Notes: a model not told the origin generated them from the sequence alone. A stretch of DNA of 64,000 nt from Thalia democratica (GCA_965202585.1 OZ241833.1:31434001-31498000), one strand, 5' to 3'. Numbered from the stretch's first letter, positions 50,201 to 64,000 are shown. Numbers and translations are program-made.

Positions 50201-53200
50201 TACAAGATTATTTTATATCTTACTGAAATATTAGATATCATTTTAGTTATTAAAGTTTTTCATGGTTTATTGTACTGTATATTTTAAAACAATTTTAGCT
50301 TTTATGCATTACAAAACTTTTTGAACACCAATTTTTAATTAACTTTAGTATTAATGATTTATTAAAGTACTCCTATGGTTCAAGAATTTAAATAAAACAA
50401 AGACAATATGTATAGATATAGATATATTATCAAAGAAAAAAAAAACTTGATTAAAGTTCTTAGTTATAAAATTTCGTATAAAGTTTTCAACTAACCATTT
50501 ATTTTTCACAGAAAAAAAAGTTCTGTGTTTACAAAGGGTATATGGCCATACTTATTTTCAGTATATATAGATATGAAATTTTTAAACTAAATTGTTGTTT
50601 TGTGTCTAACAAACTATACTTACGTATGAAAAACAAACAGATGCATCCGTTTTAAAAGCACATAAGTATTTTCAAAATGCACGAAACTAGAAAAATTATA
50701 GTTTTAGTTAAAACAAGAGCTCAACAATTTTAGTAAAAAAAAATATTAATAATGCTTAGTAAATACAAAAGTAAACTTTGTGGGGTATGCAACTCGATGA
50801 CCGAGATGTCTTTTTGTGTATCCAGGTCCTTGAATCAAAAAAATTTTTGAGAAATTTGTTTTTGTTCAATAAACCTCCTTTGTGACTTTATAAAGAGTTA
50901 GGTGGGTTAAACTGTGCCACTAATTTGCATATACCAAAACAGGACTAACAACAACAAGATGTTAATCATGTTACTTTTAGCTTTAGTTTTTTTCAATTTG
51001 TTATATATTTTGTTAAGGTGGATTAAGGGTAAAGGAACAATTGATTAAAATTAAGGAAAATAAATTAAAAACAACACAATTAACATGGTTTAGATGTTAA
51101 GTTATCATGTTTTTAAAAATTTTTTCGACTTATTTGTTTTATTTTTGGATAAGTTTGTATAGGGATAAAAGTGTATAAATCAAAAAACGATGTTTAAAGT
51201 AACATGATTAAAGTTTTAAAGTTTATTGAGAGAAAAAAAAATCGCTCAAAGTATTTGATCCTACGACCTGGTGTAGGTAGAACCTTTCAGTTAACGAGTC
51301 GCACACCACGAATATCTTTCACAAGATTTTTGAAAACACCAAATTTAAACACAAAAATTATCAAAATTCATACTAAGTTGAGCATAAACGTGATATTTCT
51401 AAATAAAATTTTGCAAAAAAAATTTAAAGCTACAAATGTAAATGTTTAAAAGCTGTAAATTATGGATAGTACTGGTCATAATCTAGCAAGCATTGAGAAC
51501 TTAAGAGTTGAAATTCTTAAAATTTTTTAATTAACTTTTATTATTGTTGAATTTTCTAGTGGCAGGAGTGGTAAGTATATATATTGCTAAGTTGTTAAAA
51601 CAAGAAAGTATATTTTCTGTTTTGAATTTAAAAGAGTGGAAAAAGTTATGCTAAAACCTATACAGAAATCAAAATATAAAAGTTTATTTTCCTTTTTAAT
51701 ACTTTAACGCTAAATAAAGCTGAAGCACCAAAATTTAATATATTAAATAACCAAGTATCCTACAAGTTTTGAAGTTAAACTGCGAACCTTAAAAAATGTA
51801 GAAGAAACTAAAGTTTGACTTCTAAAACTGCTTTAACCTAACAAGCTTATACAAACTTAAGTTAAAGCTAATGAAAAGTTTAGTTTATTATAAAAAGCTT
51901 AAACTTCAAAAATTTAGCAACATAATGTTTAATTAAAAGCTTTAATGATAAATTTTTTATCTTTATCCAGCAAAAATGTCTAAAATATGTCCTGTAATTA
52001 TTTAGGTTAGTAGCTTTAAAAGAAGGGTCAGCAGACTGCGGCCCGCGATGTACTTTTCAGCTAAATACATGCTTGAAAAAAAAATAATTGTGATAAAAAA
52101 TAAAAATTAGGACAAAAAATAATTACTAATGCTTATGTTTGTTAATTTGATTACATTTTTAGTTTACTGTGTTTTTTAAAAACTACTTTTATACTTTTTT
52201 TCAACAACTGCGATCGAAGGAATTTTTTTTTATATTGCGCGCTTTTTATAGAAAAATTGGATTTTTGCTTATAAAATACTGTCGCCCCTTGTTTAGTATA
52301 AGTAATTTTGGTTAAACGATTGTTTATCACGTAACAAAAACGTTTTTCGTACGCAATTGAGGTCCTGTCAAGCAATTGGTTTTTAGTTTGTTTTTAATGA
52401 TTCGTAATTTTACTAACAGTTAGCGTAAAATATCAGTATTTTTATTTTAAATTTTAATTACCATTCAATTTAACTATGACTTTGTTTAATTTTTTTATAA
52501 CATATAGTTTGTAAATTATAATGACTTTGTACAACTCTTTACCTTTAAATGTTTTAAACTTATAGCATTTTTGATGTAGTAAAAATTATTTGAAAGTTAT
52601 CATTTCAATTTAGTACTATAAAAACTGTATTTTAATAAATTTTATTTAAAACTAATTTTAATTAAATGTTGATTATATTCTATACACAAGTACACAAGAC
52701 TATTTTTTATAACCTTGTATGTTTGTTCTAAAGTAGACATCAAACCTTGTAAGACAATTTTAAATTGCTTTATTCAGTCGACAGTTTAAAATTTGCAAGT
52801 AGTAAACTTCAAACTTAATGTTTCTTTTCCTTTAACAAACATTTAACAAAATTTTTACGTTCAGCTGTTTTTTGTTTTGTTTAAAATAAATAAAAAATTC
52901 TCCTTATTAAAGCAAAGATGTTTTTTTATAATCATATGTTTAATTTTAAGTTTAAATAAAATCAAACTTTTTGTTATGTTAATAGAACACTATCTTTAGA
53001 TCAAAATACTCATTTAAAGACTTTACTGAAACTAAATTTTATTTAGTTACTGCAAACTTTTTTCTAGTCAAGGAAACAATTAGGTTACTTCATAAATGCA
53101 AGGTAAACATGTAATTTTGGGAAAAAAAAACAGCAGTTTAAAAAGCAGCTGAACCAGTCGAGTTTCAATTTAGTTTTATCGAAGTTGTTAAAGAAAAGGG

Positions 53201-53242
53201 TTTATAATACCAACTCGATCATTGGACCACAAGCTTTCGGTA

Positions 53243-53285
53243 GACTGAGACCGGTTTCGTCCTGATAAGGACTCATCAGTCAGTC
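53243..53285 (-). ncRNA. Minimal type I hammerhead ribozyme, intact core
   Basis: GACUGA-CUGAUGA-GUCCU-UAUC-AGGAC-GAAA-CCGG-UC-UCAGUC: stem I GACUGA/UCAGUC, core CUGAUGA and GAAA, 5-bp stem II, GUC cleavage triplet. Confidence 0.85.
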
Positions 53286-53546
53286 ACAACCGAAAAACTT
53301 GCAGTCTTCAATCTACAAACGGTTTATACATGCAAGCATAAATAAACCTGTTCTGCAGACTTGTGGTGATGTTTATGTTGATTGTATTAAATACGAGCGT
53401 ACCAGCTGTCTTGCCTTGTGGACAATGTAGTGATGGTTGCACGGCAAAAGACAATGCTGATGTCACTGAACAATGCCAGCAATCGGTTGCTTCATGCTTG
53501 CATGTCTAAACCGTTTTAGATTGAAGACTGCAAGTTTTTCGGTTGT

Positions 53547-53589
53547 GACTGACTGATAAGTCCTAATCAGGATGAAACCGGTCTCAGTC
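53547..53589 (+). ncRNA. Minimal type I hammerhead ribozyme copy with mutated core
   Basis: GACUGA-CUGAUAA-GUCCU-AAUC-AGGAU-GAAA-CCGG-UC-UCAGUC: G8A substitution and a G-U pair at the base of stem II. Confidence 0.7.
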
Positions 53590-56500
53590 TACCGAAAGCC
53601 TGTAGTCTGATGATCAAATTAGTATGAACAACCCTTTAGTTTAACTTGAGCTTGTCTCACGACATACGAAAGTCCAGGCTTCTGCCCTGCAGAATTATTT
53701 CGCCGATGTTTATGTTGACTTTATTAAAGGAGGATTAAATTTGTTATTGTTGATGTCTTAGCACTTTTCTTCGTAGGTTACACCAAGGCTCAAAAGAAAA
53801 TAAAGAGATGTGTTTTTTTATACATTATGTATAAACCTTACACGTATACAGCTATACTGTGTATAAACATCATAAAATAAAATAAAAACAAAACTGTAAA
53901 TACAAAATCGTATTTACTTATATTGTTCATGTTTACCAATGCAAGTTTACACGACTAAATGTTATCATTATCTTATTTTGTCATGAAAAACCGTTTTTAC
54001 GTATCATTTAAGTGTAAATAAACAAATAAAATCATTTTTAATGGCCTTTAAACCACATGTAATTTAAAACATATATTCTAATGACATTTTTACCACAAAG
54101 TTATTTCTCCTTAAATAAGTACATGTTGTACTTTGTTCAATATGTGCTTAATTAAATATATAATTTTAAAGCACTTGTCATGTCACTAAGATTAGCAAGC
54201 TATTACTTATGCCCTCTATTTAAAATAGATTGTTATGTCATAATTTGAAACTTCCCATGCACTTACATATTTCAATGTAATTATAATCTTTAAAGCTTTT
54301 TTTTCAGGTCTAATATACGATAAAGTATTTTTATTAAGCAAAGCATAACAAACAGTAATTATGAGACTCTAGAAAATAACAAAAATTCTAGAGAAACTAA
54401 TGCAATAATTGTTCATGGTTTCAACACAACTTTTTTGTTAGCTAATTTTTTACTACCATAACTTAACTTTGATACAAACTTTAAAAAATCAACTAAATTA
54501 CACAGTATATATTAACTAACTTGTAATTTAAAATCACTATGAATACTAAAAGTATTTTGTATATTTTTTTCTACGATTGTTTTTTGTTGAACATAATATT
54601 GTAGATGTTCTTTTAGATGTTTCTTTTTCACTCAGATTCAAGAAAATACAACAATAAACAGTGTTTTAAACACTCAACTTTTCATTTTTTTGAAAATTGG
54701 TTATCAAAAAAAAACCATAGTGTTTATAAACTTGTGTTTTTTTAGTTTGTCAGATATCACATATACATTGTTTTCTTGCACAAATAAAAACGTTGACTGA
54801 TACTAACTGCTTATTAGAAGTTTTGTTATAAGATAAATGCTAGATTCCATCTTAAAAATCAGCTACTAGCAAGTATGCCGTAGTTACTTGAAACAATAAT
54901 CTGGCGTACAAAAATCAGAAAGTCTTTAAATTGATTGATTTAGTGCTCAAACAAGTTCAGAGTTTTTGTCACAAAGTCGAAACGACGTTACAAACTAGAT
55001 AGAGGTTTTAAACAAAAGGCTTAGCTGGGCCTCCAGCTAAAACGAACACAAGCATCTGTTATTTTATGAAAATAATTTATTTTAAAAAAACAGCGCAAAA
55101 ATAATTTAATAGATACCACGTTGTTATATGTATATTGTATTGAATCATATTTACTACATTATATAGATTATATTTTTGTATTTTGCATCTTTTATTATAT
55201 ATTATATTATTATTGCACTGTTGAACTAGTATATACGACTCTAATAACTTTAATTTTGTACAGCTCTTTTGCTTAAGTTATTAAATGAATTAAAGTTAAC
55301 TATTTTAGTTTATTTTTAATTCTTTTATTTTTCTTATATTTGGTCTTTAGATAGTTTATAAAAGTTCTGAAAAACTTTCTAAAAATAAAATTTTCATATT
55401 TTTAAAATTAAGTTAATAAAGACAACTTATTAAAGTAAACATTAAACCTTGTGAGACTGTCAAAATGCTTATTGTTGTACAATATAAAAATAACTTGATA
55501 ACAAACTGCTTCAAACTAAATTAAAAAATAATTTATACTATTATTGCACACACTTTACTTGATTTATAGCAACGGCTAATGTGTTTAATACAGTAAGTTT
55601 TTAGTTGTTTAAAAAAAAACTAACTTTGTCACACAAGAAATGCATCTATTTTAGACTTTTGTGTTCTCATTGTTATTTTTACAACGTGTACAACTGGATC
55701 ACATAAAATCATTATGTACGGACTTTTGTGGCAAATTCATGTTTAAGAAGATAACACTAGTTTGCCCAAAAAAGATTGTTGCTTTAGTTGTAAAGAAAAT
55801 GCTTGGTCAACTTGCTTGCTATGACAAACAATTTAAAAAGTTCCTAACTGAACAGGGTTTCACTTTTCACAGTTTGTTGTTTTTTGCATACTTTACAAGT
55901 TTTTGTTTTAAGTGTTTTAATTTGAATCTAAACAATAACAATATAAACAATATTAATTACATTGAAAAATAAGGTACCATCTCCACAGTTTTATATTTTA
56001 ACTGGTACGTAAAATTAGTTTTGCATAAGTTAAAATATAAAAAATTGTGAACTAAAGTAATAAACTATTATGTTTCAAGAATTGTTTTATAGTTTACGTA
56101 AATGAAACAAATACAATGTTTCTCGCAATTAGTCTAAAGTTTTAGTTTGAGAGATATTAAAACTATTTTTTGTTGTTTTTAGTTTTCTTTTAAGCGGTCA
56201 TTTTTAAGAGCGTGTTTTACTCACATGTAAGTTTTTTGTTGAGTACACTTTGATCTAAATTTAAATCAACAGTAGTTTCATTGAATTTGAAAACAATATA
56301 GTTACAAATTCTTAACTGTTTCTACGAGTCACAAGCAAATAGCATCATCGTTATTTTTCCAAACATTAATAGAAAAATCGAGGATTGAATAAGTTACTGA
56401 TTCTGGTTTAATTATTTACAACAATGTTAACCAACACTGGGAGACCAGCTGAGCGAATAGAAAAAAGTTTAGTGTTTCTAATTCATTTTAACAATATTCA

Positions 56501-58611
56501 ACATAGTTTTATCTAAATATATAAATTCTCATTTCTGATTTCTTATAATCTAAGGCTTAAAAATGTTATAACTACAACCGCTAAGCAGCGCTAAAGTTAA
56601 GTTTATATAAATTTTAAACTTATAGTAATAAAACAAATAATGTTTACTCCTAACTGTTTTTACATCTTTAAAAGCACTTGCTGATAGTTTTGTTCAAATT
56701 AATAAAATATGTTTGTAGTTTAAAAGCACGTTTTAAGTTAAGTTTTTTTTCTATTGATAACGTTTTATATGTTTTAGCTCAAAAACAGTTTTTTGTTTCT
56801 TTTTTATAGGGTATAACTGATTCACTTACAACTTTAAAAATTAAATAGTTACAAATAAACTAAAAACAAAACTTAAACTTAAATACAAATCAAAAGTGTA
56901 TAAACATCTATGTTGAACTGTTTGGCTGGTAGTTAACTATAAAACTTTTAAAATGTTTAGTAATACCTGAACAATTTTACTTTTGTAAATTATTTAAAGT
57001 TTTGCTCACAAAGTTTTTTAAAATTTCATATCTATAGAAACAAGCATATTTAAGTACATGTTCCCATATTTTATAGTATGCAAGAAAAAAGCTTGAAATC
57101 TAATAATTTTAAGTTCTATTGTCCTAGAATTTTAACCGCATGTTTATAAATAGCGTAATTAATAAAATTACCAATCTTTATATATATTTACCTACGTGTA
57201 GAAAAACATTTTTAAAACAAAAGTAATTACCATCCCTATAAATAAATATTTACTAATTTTGTTATGTTCATTCTGTGCTTAACAAATTCACTTTAAATAA
57301 AGTTTATACAGCTACATACTTTTTATAAATTTCCGGAAAAATTTATAAGCTTACTTAATAATAAAAGAAAACAACAAACAAAAAAAGAATGTTTTGTAAA
57401 TATTGCGACATTGACTGACTTCTATGACGTAATAAACTTTAACTAGTGAAGTAATCTTTTAGTGCTAAAATATTTAATTTTTACACTATTTGTTGCTATT
57501 TAAACTTATACAAAAAACTTTGAAAATAAATGTTATTACACTGTTGTAATTTTTTAGGTTTGTCTCATTTACACTTAAAATTGTATACTTGTGTGTTCAT
57601 TAAATATAGTTTTAAAAGTTAACTATTTGTTTTTATACAACTTCTATTATATAAGTTAAAAATATATAGATTGCTTTACTAGAGTTGAAAACATTATATA
57701 AAAGAGTAATATTAAACTTTTCTAAATATAATATTTCTAAAAACAAAGGTTTTTGCTAACACAATTATAAGCTTTGTGTAATTTATCGAAAGTCGGTAAT
57801 AGAGTTTTAAGACTCAAAATTCTAGTAAAGTAAAATAAATTAATCAGATAATTGAACATTGCTATAAAGTTAAGTGAGCACTTTTACAATGAGATAATTC
57901 AACTGTTTGATAGTTAATCTTTGTTACTTTACATTTAAAATTAAGTTTCAAAATAATTTTACGAATGATCATCAACAAACTAACTTAGTTATAAATTTAA
58001 ATTTCAGTTTATTAGTAATTATAAAATTTGTATATTCAAAACAACTTGTAAAAATTATTGTACAATTTTTTTAGACTATGTACTTTTTAAGCCATATCTT
58101 TATGGTTGATGTTTTTAATTCATAAACATCAGCTGTAATTTTACAGTTTGTAACCAAAAATAATAAAAAGAATTTATATCGTTTTTTGATTTTCACTTTG
58201 CCTTTAACTTTCCTGAACTTATTTTTTACTCTGAAACCGGTTAAAAAAAAATTACATACTATAAACATGTTCTAAAGCCACATACATTTTATTGCAATTA
58301 GGGTTCAAGCTATGCTGAGCTGTTTGGCTAGTAGTGAACTATAATACTACTAAATATTTTAATACAAGTTAATCTTTGTAATTTCGTTTACTTAGTAGTA
58401 TATTTTAACATTGTTTTTACAGCATACTATAACAAAAAAACATATGATATTACAAAATTTACTATTTTTTAAACTTTTTTGTGTATAAAAACCTTTTTTT
58501 TTTTTTTTCAAAATATTCATAGCTTTCAAACTTGATCAAAAAACCTTACGCCCATCGAGCTCTAGAACAATTTTATGCTTCAAGTTTTTAGCTATTTTAG
58601 ATACTTGTATT

Positions 58612-58990
58612 GATGGCTAGGTGTCAAATATGCACGAAAGGTCACTTTTGCTCAAAGACACTTCTTCACGAAGGGTCATTTTTCCACAAATTGAAATTTT
58701 AGCACAAGTTAAAACTTTTTATAATTTATCTTTTTTTTTTAACTGTTACTCTTAACCCGTAACCTTGGTCAGCAAATTTTATTCCTTAATATTATTTACT
58801 TAACGGTTATTGTAACCAATTTTATACTATCACTGTGATCCCTTAGCCTTACCCTTGGTCGATAGTGTTTTTTTATTAGTTCACTTTATTTTTTTTAATG
58901 TTTAATTTTATTTTACTCTTGTGAAAAATTAATCCTCCGTACAAATGTGACCCTTCGTGCAAAAGTGTCTTCGTTTATATTTGACCCATC
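58612..58990. mobile_element. MITE-like non-autonomous element with imperfect TIRs
   Basis: Left GATGG..GTCAAATAT..GACACTT..CACGAAGGGTCA is mirrored at the right end (TGACCCTTCGTGCAAAAGTGTC..ATATTTGACCCATC); T-rich interior; no ORF; no clear TSD. Confidence 0.6.
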
Positions 58991-61900
58991 CCCTGTAGTG
59001 ATGAAGGCTTAAATCATTAATTAAGAAACTAAATTTTTAGCAGATGTTTACATCTTGATTACATATCGAACATCCCTGATACGTTGAACAACTAAATGCG
59101 AAGAAGATTTTTAATAACTTAACTTATGTAAACAAAAAGTTGACAAAAACTAGTTTTTTAAAAACTGTTTCCCAGTTCAAATGTTTATTCCAAACATTTC
59201 TAACGGTTGTTGTAGTAATTTTACTGCAACGCTGTATTCTTTTATTAAGTAACAAAATGCTTTTACACAAATTCATTACAAAGTATAAATATTTTTTGCA
59301 AGCTTTTTACTGTTAGTAGTATATTAATCAATTTATAATACATCCGAAATGCTGTACATATTACGAAATCAGTATTTACTAAAACTGGTTCTTGCTAACC
59401 CTTTATCAAAAGAATAAAAAGAATGTTTAAAATTTGAAAAGTTTATTGAATGTTATTTAGTGGTAATTTTACTTCAAAACATCCCTACAGCTCAAATATT
59501 TACACATGAGGTTTTTAAAACTAGCTATTATACTTGCGTTGTGGTTATTTTACAAGTATTTACTTGCTTGGTTTATTTGTGATTGACTTTGCAGGAGCCA
59601 TAAGTTGTTTGAATTACTAAAAACACAAAAATTTAAAGTGACAATCAGCTTAGAATGTAAATTAAACTGCTGAAATAATTTAAAATTTATCTTTTGATAA
59701 ACTAACTTTATTTTTACTCAGTAATTTTCAAATTAAAAACTCATTAGACTAAAATATCAAAGATAACCGGATAAATTTGTTGGATTTAATTAGCAAAAAA
59801 ATTTTATTTTGTCTATAAGAATGATTGAAGTTTTGATTAAGTATTAAAAGTTGAAATAAATTTCTTATACCGCAAATTGTTTTAGATTTTAATTAGCTAA
59901 TTGATAATAATTTTTATGTAACAAGTATACAGACATAATATTTTCCTAAAAATCTCTCAATTGTTGTGTAAACAGTTTAATGTTGACTTTTATTTCAAAT
60001 TATTAAAATATTCTTGGAAAATAGCATAATCTTATGTAGTAAGTATTGTTATTAATAGCAAAAAAAGTTTTGTAAAAAGTGTGCTGAATTTTGTATCCTC
60101 TAAACTGGTAAAACAACTTGACAATGAAAAACATCACTTTGACTAAACATTCGAGCAAGTTCAAACGGTATTAAGCAGCTTATTCATAATCAACTTGCTT
60201 TACTACCCTTGATTGAATATTTTTATCATTCAGTCGGATTATGGTTTTTACTGTGGTTTCTGTATTTTTGATACGAAGCGCTTAAAGTTAATTTGTTTGT
60301 TTTAGATGAACATTCACTGGCGTATTAAAAGCATATTCGTTTAGTTGTAAACTTTATTGTTGTTTACAGCTTTCAAAAAAAAATCATCAGTAGGTTTATC
60401 TAAGCTTTCATGACAAAAATAGTCTTTTTTTGTAACAGTATTAACTAGTTCAATGGTTCTTTTTTAGTTTTTGTTTTACCGATTTTTTATCAGTTTTTCG
60501 GTCAAAGTAATAATTTTGTCTATAATTAATGTTTATTCTAAGCTATAGTTGTATCTAATTTAGAAATTTATTTTAGCTCAAGCTTTATTGTTAAGTTTAG
60601 ATATTAACGTTATACACGTACTGGTTATTGTAAAATTTCTAAACTCTGCCTAAAAAATTGTAAAAAGATTTTTGAAAGCAAAAGCTAAGTTGACAATTTT
60701 TAAGCATTACTTTATGTTTTGTTTATTTAAACAACACTTTTAATGACAATATCTGTTTGCATTAAAACCGAAAACAAGTACTTAACTGAGTTAAGCTTGC
60801 AAATCGACTGTAGGGTAAACAAAATTATACGAAAAACAAAACAAAATTTAGACAAAGATAAAATTTGTAGAAAGGTAGTTATTTCTATTTATTTTTTGTT
60901 TTAAAGTTTGTGCACGTTTTACAAAAAAAAAGTGTCCATTAGAACAACTTTATTTATTTAATAAAAAAATTTCACCTATGCTCAAGTTTAACCATAATTA
61001 AACTGTAATCTAAATTTTCAACGTTGAGTAGATATGTGAAAAGCTATGTTTCCACTTAAAACTGAAAATATTTACAAAGATAAAAAAATCAACTATTTCT
61101 TACTAAAATATAAAATTCAAAGGCTAAATTGTACTTTGATAAGATTAATGTATGCAATCTGTAGTAATTATAGTAATTATTTCTGAAGTACGTGGTTTTA
61201 TGTGACTGAATTTTTAGTAAATTAATCCATTAGTACTATAATAGAAATATTATCTAATTAAAATTTATATTTAAACTTTGAGGGTATTTGATTTTTTAAG
61301 ACTAAGAACTTAAATGACAAAGCTTTTAATTATGATCTTATACGCAACGGTATTTGTCTAGCACCTAATTATAAATATTGACATTTAAAAGAAACTAAAA
61401 ATATTTCAGAAAATATGTTTTTTAAAAACGTAGCGTGAGATATTTATTTTGTAATTTTTATGGTCAACCACAGTTTTTAATTAAGATAATTGTCACGGAT
61501 ATTCATGTGTCGGAATAAAATACTTTGGTTATTTTTGGCGCCAAAAAATCATCTTAATCAACTCTTGGTTGGTTTTCTAAACATTAGAAATTCCCGATTG
61601 GTGTTTTTTTAATTTAAACTATCTTAGTTAAAACGTTAAAAATAAACTTATACACTTAAACTATTTTACTAAAATATTTTGTTAATAGTATGTCAACATT
61701 TCTAAAAACTTTATTTTTTCCTCTTAAACAACAACTTAGTGTACAATAAATAATTTATTTACTCTTTTTTAAACTACCAAACAAAAACATTTTAACTATA
61801 TTTTCAAAACAAATTTCATGATTTACCGAAGTCAAATTTTTTTTATTTAATGCATCAGCTTTAAGAAAAGAAACTAGTTTTGAATAAAATAAAACATCAA

Positions 61901-64000
61901 ATAGCAAACATTAAAACATTTAAATTTAATCCTGTTTTTTATCTTTGTTTGTTATTGTTGATCGTAAAGTTTAATTTTTGTAAAGTTTTGCGTAAATAAA
62001 AGGTCAAAGTTTTATAAATCAAAAAATTACGGAATAATGTAAAAGAAGAATCGTTTATTAATATGTTCTGATGTTTATGTTAAATCCAAAAGAGTTCTCA
62101 ATCTTTTTAATATTTTAAACAACCTAAATCAAATTTTGCAACTTTTGTCTTAGCGTAGAACCCAGAACAAAGAAAATCTTAACTCCTAAACTTTTTTATA
62201 ATTTTTTCAACTACACAATAGTTGTAGAGGAAACTGGATGTTAACACTTTGTCAGTTTAGTGTAATAGATTGTTGCTGCTTTTTTGAAGATTTTATACAT
62301 TGTTTACTAGACAAAGAACGTCTGTTTTATGTACTTTGAAACCATGCATAATCGATCTTAATCTTTGTTTTCATTCTAATGTGTACTGAGTGATAAGATA
62401 ACTATTTTAAATTGCTCAAAAAAAGTGAAGAAAATTTTAAATTATTTAAAAGTATGTTGTACGACTTAATTTCTGCAATTTATCTATCTTTAATTCATAT
62501 ATAGATTTATTAGTGTTTAAATAAAGAAATGTGTGTGGTAGCTAGGTTTACAACGTTTACTTTTTCATTTTAGTACCATAAATAACCATAAAAATGTAAG
62601 TGCGTACTAAAATAAGAACTTTAATTAAATACGCCTATTAGTAAAAATGTTGCCACTTATATTTTTACTGAAGCATTTTCTGTTTTTTCTTATATATACT
62701 AAATATATATTTTGTTTGAGTTTTTGTTTTATAGACGACATACTATCTTTAAGAAATATTTATTTAGGTTAAAAAAAATATATAGTTTCAAAAACGCCAT
62801 TTTTAAAATCTTCTAAAATAATAATTTAGTTTTCATGACCAGCATAATTGCTTGAATAATTTATTATTGAATAAAATTAAAACATTTGTTTAGAAAATAA
62901 AGTCTGTCCAAAATTTCTTTTTTATCGTATAGTAAACGCAAAGTTTAGGTGCAGCCCAATGATAGAAAAAATTTAAATATTCTTGGTTTTCCTGTATTAG
63001 ATTTTTTTTTTAATATATTCTAAGTAAACTAATAAGTTGTAATATTCAATAAGGAAAACACTAAAACAAATATTTGAAATCAATATTTTTATTTTCTTAA
63101 ATTAAGAGTTTGTTTAAAACATTTTCACACTGGGTATAACTAGATGAAGCGATTTATTTTGATTAAGCAAATTTTTTGTCAACAATGACAAATTATTGTA
63201 CGTTCATGGTTTCGTATTTATCATAACCTCAAACTCTCATACTTTATAGTAACTGCAAACTAATGCGTAATATTTTTTTCTATATTTCTAAATCAGCCGT
63301 TAAGTCGTTGATATAAATCAAAGTTGTAATGTGTCAGTGAGTTTACTTAAAGATTAAAAAAAACTGTATGTGAAAGCAAGATTTTTTATATGATTTGTTT
63401 TCAGAATCTGTATTTAAAACAATATTTTTAAAAAGTTTTAAATGCATATGTGTTTTCTACATTAAAGTTAACTTTGATGATTTATAAGAAAACAAATAAT
63501 AAATCATAAATACTTTTATAAACGTTTTTGTGCTTCGTAATAAACTTATTTTTAACATTTAGTATTAAAATGTTTGTTAAGGTAAAAGTAATTATAGAAT
63601 AAATAAAAATAACCTTTAAATAATAAATAGTTCAACTAATTAGGTTTTTTTACTAATATTAGAATAATATTTAGTTTTGTAAAGTTAGTTTACAACTACT
63701 TTTTTCTTAAAAATATGACAAAAAACTGTAACAAAAGTTGTCAAATAAATTTACTGATAATATATTTGTGGAAGTAGTTATCATATTAAAACAAATTACT
63801 ATTGAGAAACAGTGGTTTATCAATTTAAATCTGACAAACAACCCTAAATCATACATCCAATAAGCATCAACTTTGTTCAACCAAACTCAAATAGTGGATG
63901 CCGGCAAAAGATAAAGATTTAATCGAACTTTTCATCTCTTATCTAACACCTGACTGTTTACACTATACTCGGAAAAGGCTGTCAAATCTTTATTCAGGGT

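Larger units (their letters stand above)
53196..53636. mobile_element. Inverted-repeat element carrying hammerhead motifs, probably a Penelope-like retroelement remnant
   Basis: Arms 53196-53339 and 53494-53636 are reverse complements (core ~120 bp about 90% identical by eye) around a 154-bp spacer; each arm has a minimal type I hammerhead motif. Confidence 0.7.

Noticed and set aside
51255-51320. tRNA/SINE-like remnant on the minus strand (GGTCGTAGGATCAAATAC)
   Set aside because: The B-box is degenerate and no cloverleaf can be drawn
52022-52050. hAT-type terminus-like GGGTCAGCAGACTGCGGCCCGCG
   Set aside because: No matching opposite end found in the window
55021-55040. 8-bp hairpin TTAGCTGG-GCCT-CCAGCTAA
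   Set aside because: Short and isolated; expected by chance in 64 kb
55661-55972. 103-aa plus-strand ORF
   Set aside because: No recognisable motif, low-complexity tail and no convincing splice context
1-64000. CRISPR arrays, rRNA/tRNA genes, prokaryotic operons, and the remaining ORF-track entries
   Set aside because: No repeat-spacer array or RNA gene seen; the DNA is spliced eukaryotic sequence and the other ORFs are antisense shadows of exons or AT-rich noise

Overview
Eukaryotic, very AT-rich genomic DNA with short GC-richer exons. An invertebrate origin, plausibly a tunicate, is my inference, not something shown by the sequence. Positions 570-43150 hold the 5' part of an agrin-like gene on the minus strand. 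I assembled 32 coding exons by hand, all GT-AG and phase-consistent (4022 nt, 1340 complete codons, no stop): signal peptide, NtA, 3 follistatin/Kazal modules, an SEA-like domain, 4 more follistatin/Kazal modules, 2 laminin-EGF, an 8th follistatin/Kazal module, an acidic Ser-Gly region, SEA, and a laminin-G domain. The gene continues off the left edge. Upstream (44-64 kb) no intact gene is seen, only a decayed BACK-Kelch pseudogene, a MITE-like element and a ~440-bp inverted repeat carrying two minimal type I hammerhead ribozyme motifs (one intact, one core-mutated) typical of Penelope-like retroelements. Highlights: the hammerhead palindrome, the extra SEA domain, a candidate 9-nt stop-creating microexon and other cassette candidates, CRE-like motifs at splice acceptors, and unusually frequent GTT donors. 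Most ORFs in the supplied track are spurious or only partly overlap exons.
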